The notes below the pieces were generated by a model. It made no database searches. It worked only from the letters and a program-made list of their open reading frames with translations, and was not told where the DNA came from. DNA of 64,000 nt, from the IMG/VR virus record IMGVR_UViG_3300040786_000061; one strand, given 5' to 3'. The stretch is from a virus. Positions 25,561 through 37,289 of this stretch are shown piece by piece; position 1 is the first letter of the stretch, and each line of letters opens with the position of its first letter. A program made the translations under genes and the position numbers.

Positions 25561-26109
25561 TTAATGTTTGATTATTAACATAATCATCATTATAAGGTCT
25601 ATACTCTCCGTTAAGTATATTTTCAAAACTTTTTCAACATTAACTAGGTCTATTTTACCTATACGGCTACCTATTCTGAAACTATCATAATTCCAACCAA
25701 CAGATACTTTTTTATTATTTAAAATATCTATACAATATAATGTTAAATAACCAGGTGAATAATTATAGTTAACTACATTTAGTATTAATTTAGTATTAGA
25801 GGCCGATAATGTAACCTCAATTGAATTTTCATTAGGCTTATGCTGTACTTCAATAGTGAATGATGTTGTAGTTTTTTGTATTATAGAAAGAAGTTTTGCA
25901 ATACCATAGTAATGTTTTAATTTTGTAACTACCTCTAAAAAAGTATCTAATATATCAACAGAGTCTATATTACCTTTATATTTACCCTTTATTACATTAT
26001 CTTCTATATCAATAGTAAACCCATTGTCGCTAAAATCATAGAAATAGTCTTTTAATTCCATTTCATATTTTGTACTCTCTGATTCGTTAAACTTTTTTAA
26101 ATGTTTCAT
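25561..26109 (-). CDS. CTS-tagged hypothetical protein, paralogue B (MKHLKKFNES)
   Basis: Likely start 26109 rather than 26169; first 80 nt nearly identical to paralogue A. Confidence 0.7.
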   Translation of the reverse strand: MKHLKKFNESESTKYEMELKDYFYDFSDNGFTIDIEDNVIKGKYKGNIDSVDILDTFLEVVTKLKHYYGIAKLLSIIQKTTTSFTIEVQHKPNENSIEVTLSASNTKLILNVVNYNYSPGYLTLYCIDILNNKKVSVGWNYDSFRIGSRIGKIDLVNVEKVLKIYLTESIDLIMMIMLIIKH

Positions 26110-26117
26110 ATATATAC

Positions 26118-26127
26118 TATATATTAA
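26118..26127 (-). promoter_or_regulatory. TTAATATATA putative late promoter
   Basis: Exact motif 8 nt upstream of ATG 26109. Confidence 0.45.
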
Positions 26128-26465
26128 AATATTTTCCTTAAATTTGTATAAAATAAAACATATGTACACAGACTCAATTTTAAACGATTACTTAGAAAGT
26201 TCACAGATTGACCAATCACAACTATCCGATTTTCTAATAATGTTAGAAGACTATAAAACCAGTTACCTGGACAAGAAGCCTTGTTTGTAGAGTTATTTGA
26301 TGATGAGAGCTCCACTATTAATGTTTTACCTTTCTAATAATTAAAAAATAATAAAATGGTTTTATCCAGTGGAGTTCATAAAGAATATACAAACTTTGAT
26401 TCAGAGTTGCGTAATGTTAAATTAAAGATTATCACAGAAGGATTTAAATTCTCTGTAAAAGTAAT

Positions 26466-26918
26466 ATGTTAGATAAGATGTCGCCTCAACTTGATATGGT
26501 AAGGTCACAATTTTCTAATGATGTTATAACAGGCTCTCTTGCTCTAAACTTATATGAATTAATATACAGAGATATATCTGATATTGATATTATAATTAAT
26601 GATAGTACAAGGTATACTAATTATATTAAATATAGTGCTTACTCTGATTTAGAGAACGTTAGTAATCTTGGTTATAAGGTTATGAGTTATAAGAGAAATA
26701 TATTCTCTAGGTCAAAAGATTTTAAAATAGATTTTTTCAAAAATGACGATGTAAGATATAATACGTTTATTTATCGTGATACTGAATTAAGAGTGCAAGA
26801 GCCTCTTCAAATAATCACTGAGAAGATAAATATATATGAATTATCAGAAATTAACAGAAATGAGTCACGCATAAAACATCGCAATGATTTATTTGAAATA
26901 TTTAAAAGAATAAACTGA
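26466..26918 (+). CDS. Minimal nucleotidyltransferase-fold protein
   Basis: VITGSLALNLY..IYRDISDIDIII matches the GS...DxD Pol-beta NTase motif. Confidence 0.55.
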   Translation: MLDKMSPQLDMVRSQFSNDVITGSLALNLYELIYRDISDIDIIINDSTRYTNYIKYSAYSDLENVSNLGYKVMSYKRNIFSRSKDFKIDFFKNDDVRYNTFIYRDTELRVQEPLQIITEKINIYELSEINRNESRIKHRNDLFEIFKRIN

Positions 26919-27674
26919 CAAGATTAGTTAGCCTTCTAATATACAAGATAAATAACTTGTATTTGTTTTATCAGAATCCTCAAACTCTTGTAAAGTATTA
27001 TATGCTTTATTTTGAGAATCTAATTTAACTATTTTATAAATTTTAAATTATAAATAGACATACATTGTTCTATTGATTCTGCCATTTGTGAAAATATCTC
27101 ATCGTTGCCGTTGTTAGATAATGTAAATTTAAGTAAACTATATTTATCATATTGAATTATATTAGTAGTAACTCCTAAATCCTTTAGTTGTAAAAGATAT
27201 CCATATTAATATTACTTGCTAAAATTGGTATAGCATTTCTTTTTAATTCAATTATAATTAATTTACCTGAATCATTATCGTTAATTTTATCTATACTATT
27301 TGTTTTTGTGTGCATACCACCTCTCATAGAGCAGGAAGTTATGTTAAATCCATTAATTTTATCTATTAATTTAACCTCATTTTTATCTCAGAAAATTTTA
27401 TTCTTTGTGAGTGTGAGTGTAATTTACTTAAATCTACATCATCCTTTTTTAAAGTAATAGAAATTTTAAAAACATTGTGGATATTTAAGTGTTGTAAAAT
27501 TTTCTTATTTTTTCCAACAAATACTTCTTTAATTTTCACATCTAAAAAATCTAAATTTGATAAAATTTCATATATTTGTTTTTAACATCTTCGTTAGACA
27601 TATTTTCAAATAATTTGTAAGTAAATAAATATTTCATAACTTATATATTATTTTTTATTTATATAATAATTCCT

Positions 27675-27682
27675 TATATTTG
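27675..27682 (+). promoter_or_regulatory. Bacteroidota-type -7 promoter element (TAnnTTTG)
   Basis: TATATTTG in intergenic DNA just before ATG 27687. Confidence 0.4.
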
Positions 27683-27686
27683 TACT

Positions 27687-28313
27687 ATGAGATACGATAA
27701 ATATAGATATGTTTTCCTCCAGACCAAAGAACGCTGTTCCAAAGTGAATTAGACTTTGGGACGGTGGTACTATGATGCACAGCCTAAACTTAATGGCTCC
27801 AATACAACTATTTATACTAATGGTATTAAAGTCATTGTAATGAATAGACACAACCAAAGGTTAACTAACTTCAGAATTACTGACGAGGAAGTTATATCAT
27901 CAATGTATCGAGGTAATGGTGGATGGATGGCTAAATGGTGAATATATGAACAAATCAAAAATGATAAGTACAATAAAGTATTCAATCATAAATTTGTGAT
28001 ATTTGATATTCTTATCCTCGAAGGAAACTATCTTGTAGGTACAACCTTTGAGCAGAGAGTTGATATTTTAGATAATATGTATGGTCAAATTGAGTGTGAC
28101 GATGAATTTTTATACAACATTTCAGAAAATATATTTAGAGTAAAATCTTATAAAATTCAATTCAATTATATTTTTACTAAATTAGTTGAAATTGATATGT
28201 ACGAAGGACTTGTTATGAAAAGAAGAAATGCCAAACTTGAAATGGGTACTGAAATGAATAATGTTAAATCTCAAATAAAATGTCGTAAAAGTAACTAAAA
28301 TTATAAATATTAA
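27687..28313 (+). CDS. Minimal ATP-dependent polynucleotide ligase (adenylation domain only)
   Basis: Motif I AQPKLNG, Ia NRH, III GEY, IIIa FVIFDIL, IV EGLVMK, V QIKCRK; joins fragments 27756-27941 and 27996-28298. Confidence 0.75.
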
Positions 28314-28991
28314 ATATATGTATGGTACAAAAAAATGATAGCAGGATAATATCGCACCTGCCTTTCATGAGAAATGGCAAAAAAAACTTTAAAAGGTTCT
28401 TTTGAGTTCAGAGAAAGTGTGTAGTTATATTTATATCTATTGCAAGACAATGGGATGAGGTTAAGACCGAAGGTTTAGTGCCTAATAAAGAATATGTGAT
28501 AACCTTTAACTCCTATGATGCCTTGTTACAAGGTTCAAATATTCGTATTATTGCAGATACGGAAACGGCAACACTAAATTGGTATTTGTTAAAGTAACCA
28601 AAAAATGAAATACAAATGAGTTATACAAAAGAAGAGATAGAAAAAGGTTTAAAAGATAGTTTATATAATATTCTATCTGATTATGACCAGGAAAGTTCAA
28701 TTATAAGTTTAAAATATATGAGAGTGGGACTTGCACAATTGAATTAACAGTGCATATAGTAGAAGAAGATAATTATATTATTTGATGGATACCAATTTAA
28801 AAAAAGGAGATAATGTTAAGATAATTTGCTTTGTCAAGATTATTATGGAATTATATAAGTATAATACTATATCACTGAGACTAAATTCTAGGGTTTATAT
28901 AAAAGAAGTTTAAGAACCCATTGGGTAGAATCGGATTCTCCTGAAATTGGTAAAATGAGTTTTATATACAACGATTTAATAAAATATTAAT

Positions 28992-29646
28992 ATGATAGAA
29001 GCGATAAATAAAAGACTTAATGAGTATTTAGGATTTGATAACAAAGAACTATATAGATCCTCTTGTTAGGATATTTGGTGGTGCTATTAGAGATAGTATA
29101 GCAGATCAAGAAATTCATGATGTTGATATACTTTTGTGGTTCTAACTCAATAAAATTAGTTCAACAAGTTCTTATTAAAATGGATATAAGTTTATTCCAA
29201 AACTTTCTACTATAGATATTGTTACTTTATATTCAAATATTAATGTTATCTCAGAGCCAAAACATTTATTAAAGGAGATAGTATAGTTCAACTTATTAGA
29301 CCAAGGTTAATTATTATGTTCTAAAGAAGATGGTACTTCTAATTTCGGATTTTATGAGGATAAATATATTAGAATTTCAAAGAACTTATAAAAAATGTTG
29401 ACCTGTCTTGTTGTGGTATTTCTTTCTCAAATAATATACTATCAGAATTATGAAAATGCAATTATACATTGTCTTAATAAGGTATTTGTTGTTAATAATT
29501 CAGCAAGGATGTACTCATACGAAAGATGTGTTAACAGAACACATAAAATGATGGAAAGAGGTTGGGAGAAAGTAGTATTAAATACTACGGAAAGAGAGAT
29601 TTGAAGTTAGACTTTTTACTAAATCCTATATCATTTGAATTTACTA
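28992..29646 (+). CDS. Class II nucleotidyltransferase head (CCA-adding/poly(A) polymerase-like)
   Basis: RIFGGAIRDSIADQEIHDVDI and NVDLSCCGIS; C-terminal RDLKLDFLL in the shifted frame. Confidence 0.7.
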
Positions 29647-29653
29647 ATGAATT

Positions 29654-30134
29654 CTAAAATAATATCTGATTAATAATATCTTCACGATTATCTATAAAAT
29701 GCTTATTAAACTCATCAATAGTAATGTATATTTTAAAAATGTTAGATGTAAAATAACTGACTTGATACCAACTAACACATATAAATATTTTATTGTTGGA
29801 TAGAACTTAATAATCTTTGACTTGTATTTGAAATCAAACATTCTAACACATACAAAATTCTAGACTTATATACTTCCACTATAGTTAAAAGTAATCGGTT
29901 TAACTAATTTACTCAGCACTTCAATTCTCGAATATTATTAACTTATTATGAACTTGTTTCTTATTAATGTTAACCTGTTTAACAAATTTCATTACATTAA
30001 TATCTAAATATTTTGCTATTCTTTCAGGAGAAATTGTAAAAAAATTATTTAGTTCAGATATGTTATCATCGGTTTAATTCTATCAGGTATTTAAAATAGT
30101 TATTAAATTCTTCTATACTTTTAAAACTTTTCAT
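29654..30134 (-). CDS. Hypothetical protein ending NREDIINQILF*
   Basis: ATG 30134 (MKSFKSIEEF); frameshifted. Confidence 0.35.
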
Positions 30135-30192
30135 AAATTAAGTATATTTTATCAAAATTATATTATTTAATCTATTTAAGTTGTATATTTGT

Positions 30193-30741
30193 ATGAAAAA
30201 ATTAAAAGAATTTGTTATCGTGGATTTGAAGGCAACTTGCTATAACAGTGATATGGTAGACCAATAGACTTTGTAAATGAATTATAGAAATTGGTGCGAT
30301 AAAAGTAGATAAAGATGGTAAAGAGATTTCCAGATTTGGTAAATTTGCAAAACCTCTTAAATTTCCAGTAATTTCAGAGTTTTGTAATGAACTTACAACT
30401 ATCACACAAGAAGATATAGATAGTGCAGAAAATTTATCTGATGTACTTATTGAATTCTTTGACTGGGTAGATGGTGCAACTCTAATCAGTTGGGGTATGT
30501 ATGATAAAACTCAATTACAAAAGACTTAATTAGAAATGATTTAGAATATTTGCTTGAACAGACAGAAGATCACTCTAGTTTAAAGCATTTACACGGTGCT
30601 TGGAATAAATTAAAACGAGGTGGTATAGGACTTACCGGCGCTCTTAGATTCGAAAACTAACTTTCGAAGGAACTGCGCAGAGGAATTGACGATTCTATAA
30701 ATATAACTAAGATATTTAGAAAGTACATTGATAGATTTTAA
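30193..30741 (+). CDS. DEDDh 3'-5' exonuclease (ERI1/KapD-like)
   Basis: FVIVDL.ATC...EIIEIGAIK...ISEFCNELTTITQEDIDSA...SWGMYDK...GIDDS. Confidence 0.85.
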
Positions 30742-30775
30742 AAAAAAAAGACTTGTTTTTTACAAGTCTTTTTTT
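30742..30775 (+). terminator. Intrinsic terminator hairpin
   Basis: aaaaagacttgt-tttt-tacaagtcttttttt. Confidence 0.75.
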
Positions 30776-30785
30776 ATAAAACATT

Positions 30786-30795
30786 TTAATATATA
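30786..30795 (+). promoter_or_regulatory. TTAATATATA putative late promoter
   Basis: Exact motif between the terminator and ATG 30803/30815. Confidence 0.45.
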
Positions 30796-30814
30796 ATAAA
30801 AAATGTTTATTCAA

Positions 30815-32607
30815 ATGATAAGAAAATACAATAACTTCAAGGAAGATAGAATACTAGAGTCTATAAATGAATCTTATTTATATTTCACTAACAATTTTAG
30901 AGATATACTTAAAAGATGAAAAAATAAAATTTCATCAGATATATTAGATGCAGAGAGAACTGATGTAAAACCAGATATGACATTTATAGATTTATCTAGT
31001 AAAGAAGGACATATCATTTAGCCAAATAAAAAAAGGTATTTCTATAATAAAGAAGTGGGCAGATGAACAAGGATATAGTGAGGATGATGTAAAACACATT
31101 TATCAAGATATAGATAATGGTCGTTTTAATTTAAGTGCAGTTGGAATTTCAGGGATGATCTCTTATCTAAATCTAGGAATGATGTAAAGATTGGTAAGTT
31201 AATTAACTCTCTGTTCCCTGGTAAATATACCCCACAAGAAGTCGAAGAGTTTGTTAGTAGATTTAAGAGGTATGCAAGTGGTGAGAATGATAACAAATTT
31301 AAAATTGTTGAGGGTGATGAAATAAAAGCTCCTTATCTGTATAGTAACTATGCTGAGGATACAGAACACTTGGAAATTCATGTATGAGAAGTTCCAGCTC
31401 TCAAGTTTTTGATATCTACACAGAAAATAAAGATGTGTGTAGGTTGCTTGTTTTAAGTGATCCTGATGATTTAGTTGTAGGTAGAGTCTTAATATGGAAA
31501 ATTTCTAGCATCAGTGATGAAGAACTTAAAGACGCTGAGTATTTTATGGACCGTATTTATACTATTGACGATTCAATTATGAACGACTTTAAAGACTATG
31601 CAACTACTAACGGTTGGATAAGAAAGATCGAATACTGGGTATAGTGATACAAAGACACTTACTTATAATGATAAGGTATACAGCGGTGTTGATATGGAAG
31701 TAAAATTAGAAAGTTATAAAGATATATAGATGAATTTCCTTATGGATACTTTTAAGAGGCTAAATGTATCAACAGGTGTTTTATATAATGATGATAAAGA
31801 GTAACCGATTGTTATCAATTAGAACAAACTGATGGAGGTTATCAAAGATCTGATGGCGTTTGGTCGGAGTATGAAGATGAATATATAGATGAAGATGAAT
31901 CAGTTTACTCAGAACCGCTCGGTACCTATATATATAGAGATGGTTCTATCGAAGTTGAGACAGGCTCATCTTCAAGAAGAGGATATTATCCAGAAGACTA
32001 TGATAGTATAGTTTATGATGAATATAGAGAGAGTATATACATGAAGATGATGCATCATATTGTGAATATGATGACCAAAGCTTCTATGATAATGACTCTG
32101 TTGAATGTATAACAAGATTTAGTAATATTCGACTATGATAGTGAAAACTTTTCTAGTAATAGTAATAATAATAGAATCTAAATATATGCAATGTTATGAT
32201 TATTTAGATGATAACGGTTTAGAAGATTACTATTTTAATAGATATATTAGGTTCTGGAAATACTGAATCTTATCGTACTTACTACTTTAAAGAGTTTGAA
32301 GTTAAAGTTCTTAAAACTAAATTAGGGAACTACACAAAGTTGATTGTGATATATTAGATATAAAAAAATGTTCCTGAATTTGATAAAGAGGGAAAACCTA
32401 ATATGTTTTTGAGTGATGAATTTGCATATAATTCTAGTATAGATATTGATGAAATTATGAAAAGTGTAAAGAGAAAATGAATTACTATAAATCTGTATTA
32501 AGTGGTAATCAGACTAGACTTAATTTCGAGGATGAGGATTCATTTAAAGAAAAGTCGAAGAAATGTATAAATATTTCTCGGAAGATATGATGAATTGGAA
32601 AACATTT
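30815..32607 (+). CDS. CTS-tagged protein (MIRKYNNFKEDRILESINES) with an SCM..GRxLxW..MDRIY domain and an acidic C-terminal region
   Basis: GNSCMRSSSSQVFDIY...LLVL...GRVLIW...FMDRIYT (31384-31644); paralogous to 60218-61542. Confidence 0.55.
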
Positions 32608-33077
32608 AGTATCTTTGTTAAAAAAATAAGAAACTATGGGAATTTTTAGCAAGTCTAATAAAGAAATTGAAGTTGATGCGGTTACAAAAGAAGAAGAAAA
32701 TTAAAAGTATTCTACATCTTCTAAAGAAGGAGAATACTGAAATTCTAGTACTTAGTTTGTCTGGTAGATTTATTATATCAAACAATACAGGAGACACATC
32801 AGTAAACATATTAGTAGACGGTGTTGCAGAGCTTATTAAGATGAAGGTTTCAAAAAACGGAGTACAGATAAGTTCGTTTATTGATGTCACGTCTAAATCG
32901 ACAATTGCCAAACTTAGAGGTAGTTTTGTTGACCAAATTATTAAAGTTATTATTGTTTGGATTGATAAGATAGATATATTCGAGAAAAAGCATTATTTGA
33001 CGAAACTACAACACTGGATTATGTACATGAATTGATTGATAATTTATCAGATTTTGAAAATAAAAAGATACAGAAGT

Positions 33078-33105
33078 AAAAAAATCCCTTATTTAAGGGA
33101 TTTTT
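33078..33105. terminator. Bidirectional terminator
   Basis: aaaaatccctt-att-taagggattttt between convergent genes. Confidence 0.8.
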
Positions 33106-33119
33106 ATTTATATTTCAGA

Positions 33120-33649
33120 TATTCTTTTATTATATATTTCAGATATTCTTGATAGTGTATCTTTTTTAATTTAGTGATACTGAATGATTCCGAGTATAAT
33201 TTCAGTGTTTCTAAATTTGTTATCTTTTAACTTGCTCTTCAAGAAGAAGTAAAAGCACTTCATCATCTTCTCCATATTTTTCTAATAATTGAGCCACCTT
33301 ATAATTTGTTTTAAATTTATCTCCAATAAGGTTAGAATTTAAAAGTCTATTTTAGTATCAATAACATCCCAGTCTTTTATCTCGCTTTTAAGACTCTCTA
33401 ATAATTTAGTCTGTGCCTTAACTGCCTTTTCATCCAAAGGCTTAATAATGCTCCGTAAAGAGTTCTTGACCTGAAATCTTTATAGTTCCTGCTTGATAAT
33501 ATCTATCTGTTGGACCATAATGCGCCACGCTTAGATATTGTTCTAATAAGTTTAGAACTTTTGATTTAAAAGCGATGATTCATCTACCTTTACTCAACAA
33601 CTGGTTCTTTACCTACTGTTTGATTTGTTATGTTTGAAAATTTCTTCAT
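33120..33649 (-). CDS. Hypothetical protein with CTS-like start (MKKFSNI)
   Basis: ATG 33649 preceded by TTAATATATA at 33672-33681; frameshifted. Confidence 0.4.
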
Positions 33650-33719
33650 GATGTTAATTTTATTTATAGATTATATATTAAATAATTATTTCTTTTTTTA
33701 TTATATCTTAAAACACATT

Positions 33720-34072
33720 TCAACAAAATCCACTCTTTTATTAAAGTTAGATTCAAAATAGACATATGGTAGTTCATTTAATTTATAATTATTTAATTGT
33801 ATATAAAATCATCATATTCATAGTATATATCAACATAATCCATTGTATAAATATAATCCTTTACATCACTTATACTGAATATACTCATTCCTAAATTTAG
33901 TCCAATTTTATATAAAAATCATAATTATCAAAACCATCGGTTTCTTGTTCAAATGGTAATATTCTAAATCCTTTATCTTTTAGTTCAATGGTAATACCTT
34001 TTATATCTCTTATTAACTTATTAAAGTTATTTGGATCAAAGTCGTTATCTTCAAATGTTTTATATACTTCAT
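33720..34072 (-). CDS. CTS-tagged hypothetical protein (MKYIK[T]FED...IKGITIELKDKGF)
   Basis: ATG 34072 after TTTTATATATAG; one A missing in a homopolymer. Confidence 0.5.
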
Positions 34073-34085
34073 GTACTATATATAA

Positions 34086-34108
34086 AAGACCAAGTAAAAC
34101 TTGGTCTT
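34086..34108 (-). terminator. Intrinsic terminator hairpin overlapping the next promoter
   Basis: aagaccaagt-aaa-acttggtctt followed on the minus strand by TTTTATATATAG. Confidence 0.7.
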
Positions 34109-34329
34109 CTTATTATTTTATACTCTTGTACATCATCCCTTATTTCTTGTGATAGTTTTTTATCTCTTGCATTACTTTACGAACTCTTACACCAGCGGTC
34201 TTATTATTTGATATGAAGAACTTTTCAACATCTTTTTTTTAGATCAAATTTCTTTCCATCAATTTCAATTTCTTCAAAAGAATTTTTATTAATCTATCAT
34301 ACTTATCTAAATATTCCATATTCTTTATT

Positions 34330-35404
34330 TTTTTATAAAATTATATATTTTATTTCTATTACTCTATATTGAAATTTTTCTTTAAATATTCAAATGCCAA
34401 CTCTCTTGGTTTTATTCATATATCTTGAACTGCCACTAACTTTAATTATACCAATTCCATTAAGTACTTTTAGAAATCAATAACATCTTTAGGTAAAACA
34501 ATTACATCGTTAACCTTACACATTTCAATTATTGACTTATTCGAAGGTAGTTTTGATTTATCTTTGATCTTCTTTGTAAATAACAGATAACATCTTTTCA
34601 TATAAGAACCATTTTTTGATAACCTGGATCCTTTTCTATTTTATCTCTAAACTCTCTATAAGATCTAAATTTATAATACTCATTAAAAAAAACTCCTGCT
34701 AGAATTGTAATTCTATAAAAGATGATATAATAATAAACATAAATGAATTTTTACTGTTATCTTCTTTCTTCTCGTCAGTGATGTTGTTACCTCACCTTCT
34801 TTGAAGAAGCAGTAGAGTTCTGACTTTAAGTTTGTAATATCTAACTTTAAGACTTCCTTATCCTTTTTTAAATCCTTATTCTGCTTCTTTGTTGTCTGTT
34901 GGCATACTGACCTTCAAGGTCTGTTTGCTCTTTATCTTTGTTCGAATATTTGCTTCTAACTGTTATTTTAGAGTTATATGAACCGGATACACTATCTTTA
35001 TAAGTTGTCAAGACTTCTGTTTTATTCTAATACCTTACTCTTAGATGAGAATTCTGCACCACTTATAGATGCATAAAAGGAAATACTAATTATCAGAAGA
35101 CTCAGCATCAAAGGTAGAACCCTTTACTTATCCTATTGGCCTTTAAATGTATTGAGAACTTATCAAATATATCTCTTAAGTAACTCGATACCACTAATAT
35201 AATTATACATGCAATAAAACTGCAATTATACTATCACTCATTGCACTTGATAAAATTTTAGACAACATAAAATAAGCCAAGAATATAGATGTTATATGAC
35301 CAAAATAGGATAGAACAGTCATCACGACATTTATTGTATTATAACTCTGATTAAAGTTCTGCCCATTAATTTTCTTCTAATTTCTTATAATTTTCAATTT
35401 TCAT
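34330..35404 (-). CDS. Multi-pass membrane protein with coiled coil
   Basis: MKIENYKKLEE...VVMTVLSYFGHITSIFLAYFML...; several hydrophobic segments flank a Lys/Glu coiled region; frameshifted. Confidence 0.4.
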
Positions 35405-35769
35405 TTTCTTTTAATATTATTTTTCCTGTCCATCTTTCCTTAAAGGTTAGAGTTCTCTGTTTTAGAGAATTTATTACATTATCTCTATCCGCTATTTAAT
35501 TTCAAAATTATTTTTAACATAGCAATGCATATTCACATTGCTCATTCAATTTTTTTATTCACCTTCTAATAAACCTGTCTCTATCACCAATACTATATAT
35601 TGATCTATAGAAATATCTCCACTTAACAAGAAGGAATTTTAACTCCATAGGTGACCAATCTCCTTCAAATTCACTAGTCATTAAAAGTCTAATATCTCTT
35701 TGTCACTCAATTCTGATATTTTCATATATTATTAAAATCCTGTTTTATAGCTTACGCTATTGGTATTCT

Positions 35770-36700
35770 TTTATTATATCAACTAATCTAGTTTTGTTTT
35801 TATATTTTTATTAAACCCTAAATGCTTTGATAAATCAGTTGATTCACCTGGGGTTAAATCTTCAAACTTTATTAAATTTATAAGTGAATTAGAATCTAAA
35901 AGAACTATCAATCTCTTTAATATCATTAGTATTAAATATTGTGATAATGTTAACCTGTATAGAATCCGACAAAAGCCTTCTACTATTTGTAGTAAGTTAT
36001 TGGTGTACATTAGATTTAGAAAACATATCATTAAACAACATCTCACAATCATCTATAACTATTATAGGTCGGTTATACTTTTTCAGAAATGTCTAAACTC
36101 TTGATTATTTATTGTACTCTCTATTAGTGTATTAGGTATAAATATAACAATTCTATCTAGTTTATCACATATATAACTTATTGTATTGGTTTTACCTGTG
36201 CCTCTTTGTCCATATAATATACTTAATCCTTTATCAGACTTTTTTATAGATTTTACTAATTTATTAATATTTTTTAGTGTTTTTTGATTATAGTACAATT
36301 CTACATTATCATCTACCAACTTCTCAATACTCTCTATTTCAATACCATTTGCTGACAAGTATATTGTGTTTAGGCGATAAGAGTCATCTTCCTCTTTAAA
36401 GTCTAGAACTGTTTCATTTAACTTCTCCGTTATTTCATTCACTATTACATAATCATCTTGTGTCTTAAAGAAAAGTTAATCTCATGTATAAATGAGTTAT
36501 CACTATCTCTATCTAAAATTATATAAGACAAGTAAACTGTATCACTTATTTGTATAAGTACTTTATCATTTACTATATCCAATCTATATCGGGTATTATT
36601 TCAGTAAGTGTATTTTGTTAATAATATGTTCTTCAATTACTTGTATAAACTCATTTTTTAAAAAAACTATTATATATTTTTTATTTTATTTGGCATGTTA
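35770..36700 (-). CDS. AAA+ ATPase domain protein
   Basis: ILYGQRGTGKT Walker A in fragment 36083-36442; downstream fragment 35783-36052. Confidence 0.65.
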
Positions 36701-37289
36701 TCAAACATATGCCAACAGTATAAAAGTCATTATTCTCTGAATCATCTTGACTAATATTTATTTGTATCTTGCTTTTATTTTCATTTTCATATAAATATGG
36801 TTTTTTTTGTTTTATATATATCAAAAAAACTAATCTATGGAAAGAAGAGATTGAATCTATATTATTGATAAATTGGTATTATATTGGTCATAAGCTACAT
36901 GAACCCAAATCAGTGAATACAGTTTTAGGAAAGTACCTAAATAAGAGAATAAATAGAAAGTTTGAAAGTTCAAGTCTTTAAAGATTAACAATGTTTTTAC
37001 TATTCTGTTTATAATTGTAATTAGATTTAGGTTTTTACTTATTTTGCCATTATTTTAAATTATTGGTCCAAAGTTATTTTACTATCTTCAATTACAGTAT
37101 TATTATCGAATTTTCCGTTTTCTTGCTCTTTTTTAATTATATTATCAACAAAGTCTATCTTTGCTTTCTCTTGTTTTTTAGAATCTTCAACATTTTTATT
37201 TCGAACATTAACCTTTTTTTTATGATTTTTCTTTGTCTTGATTTTGGCATAATTTATATTTTTATTTTTATATAAAATGGAACGATATA

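Noticed and set aside
33111-33149. Short direct repeat atatttcagatattctt
   Set aside because: Two copies at a gene end (RISEI..RISEI on the minus strand); no evidence of function.
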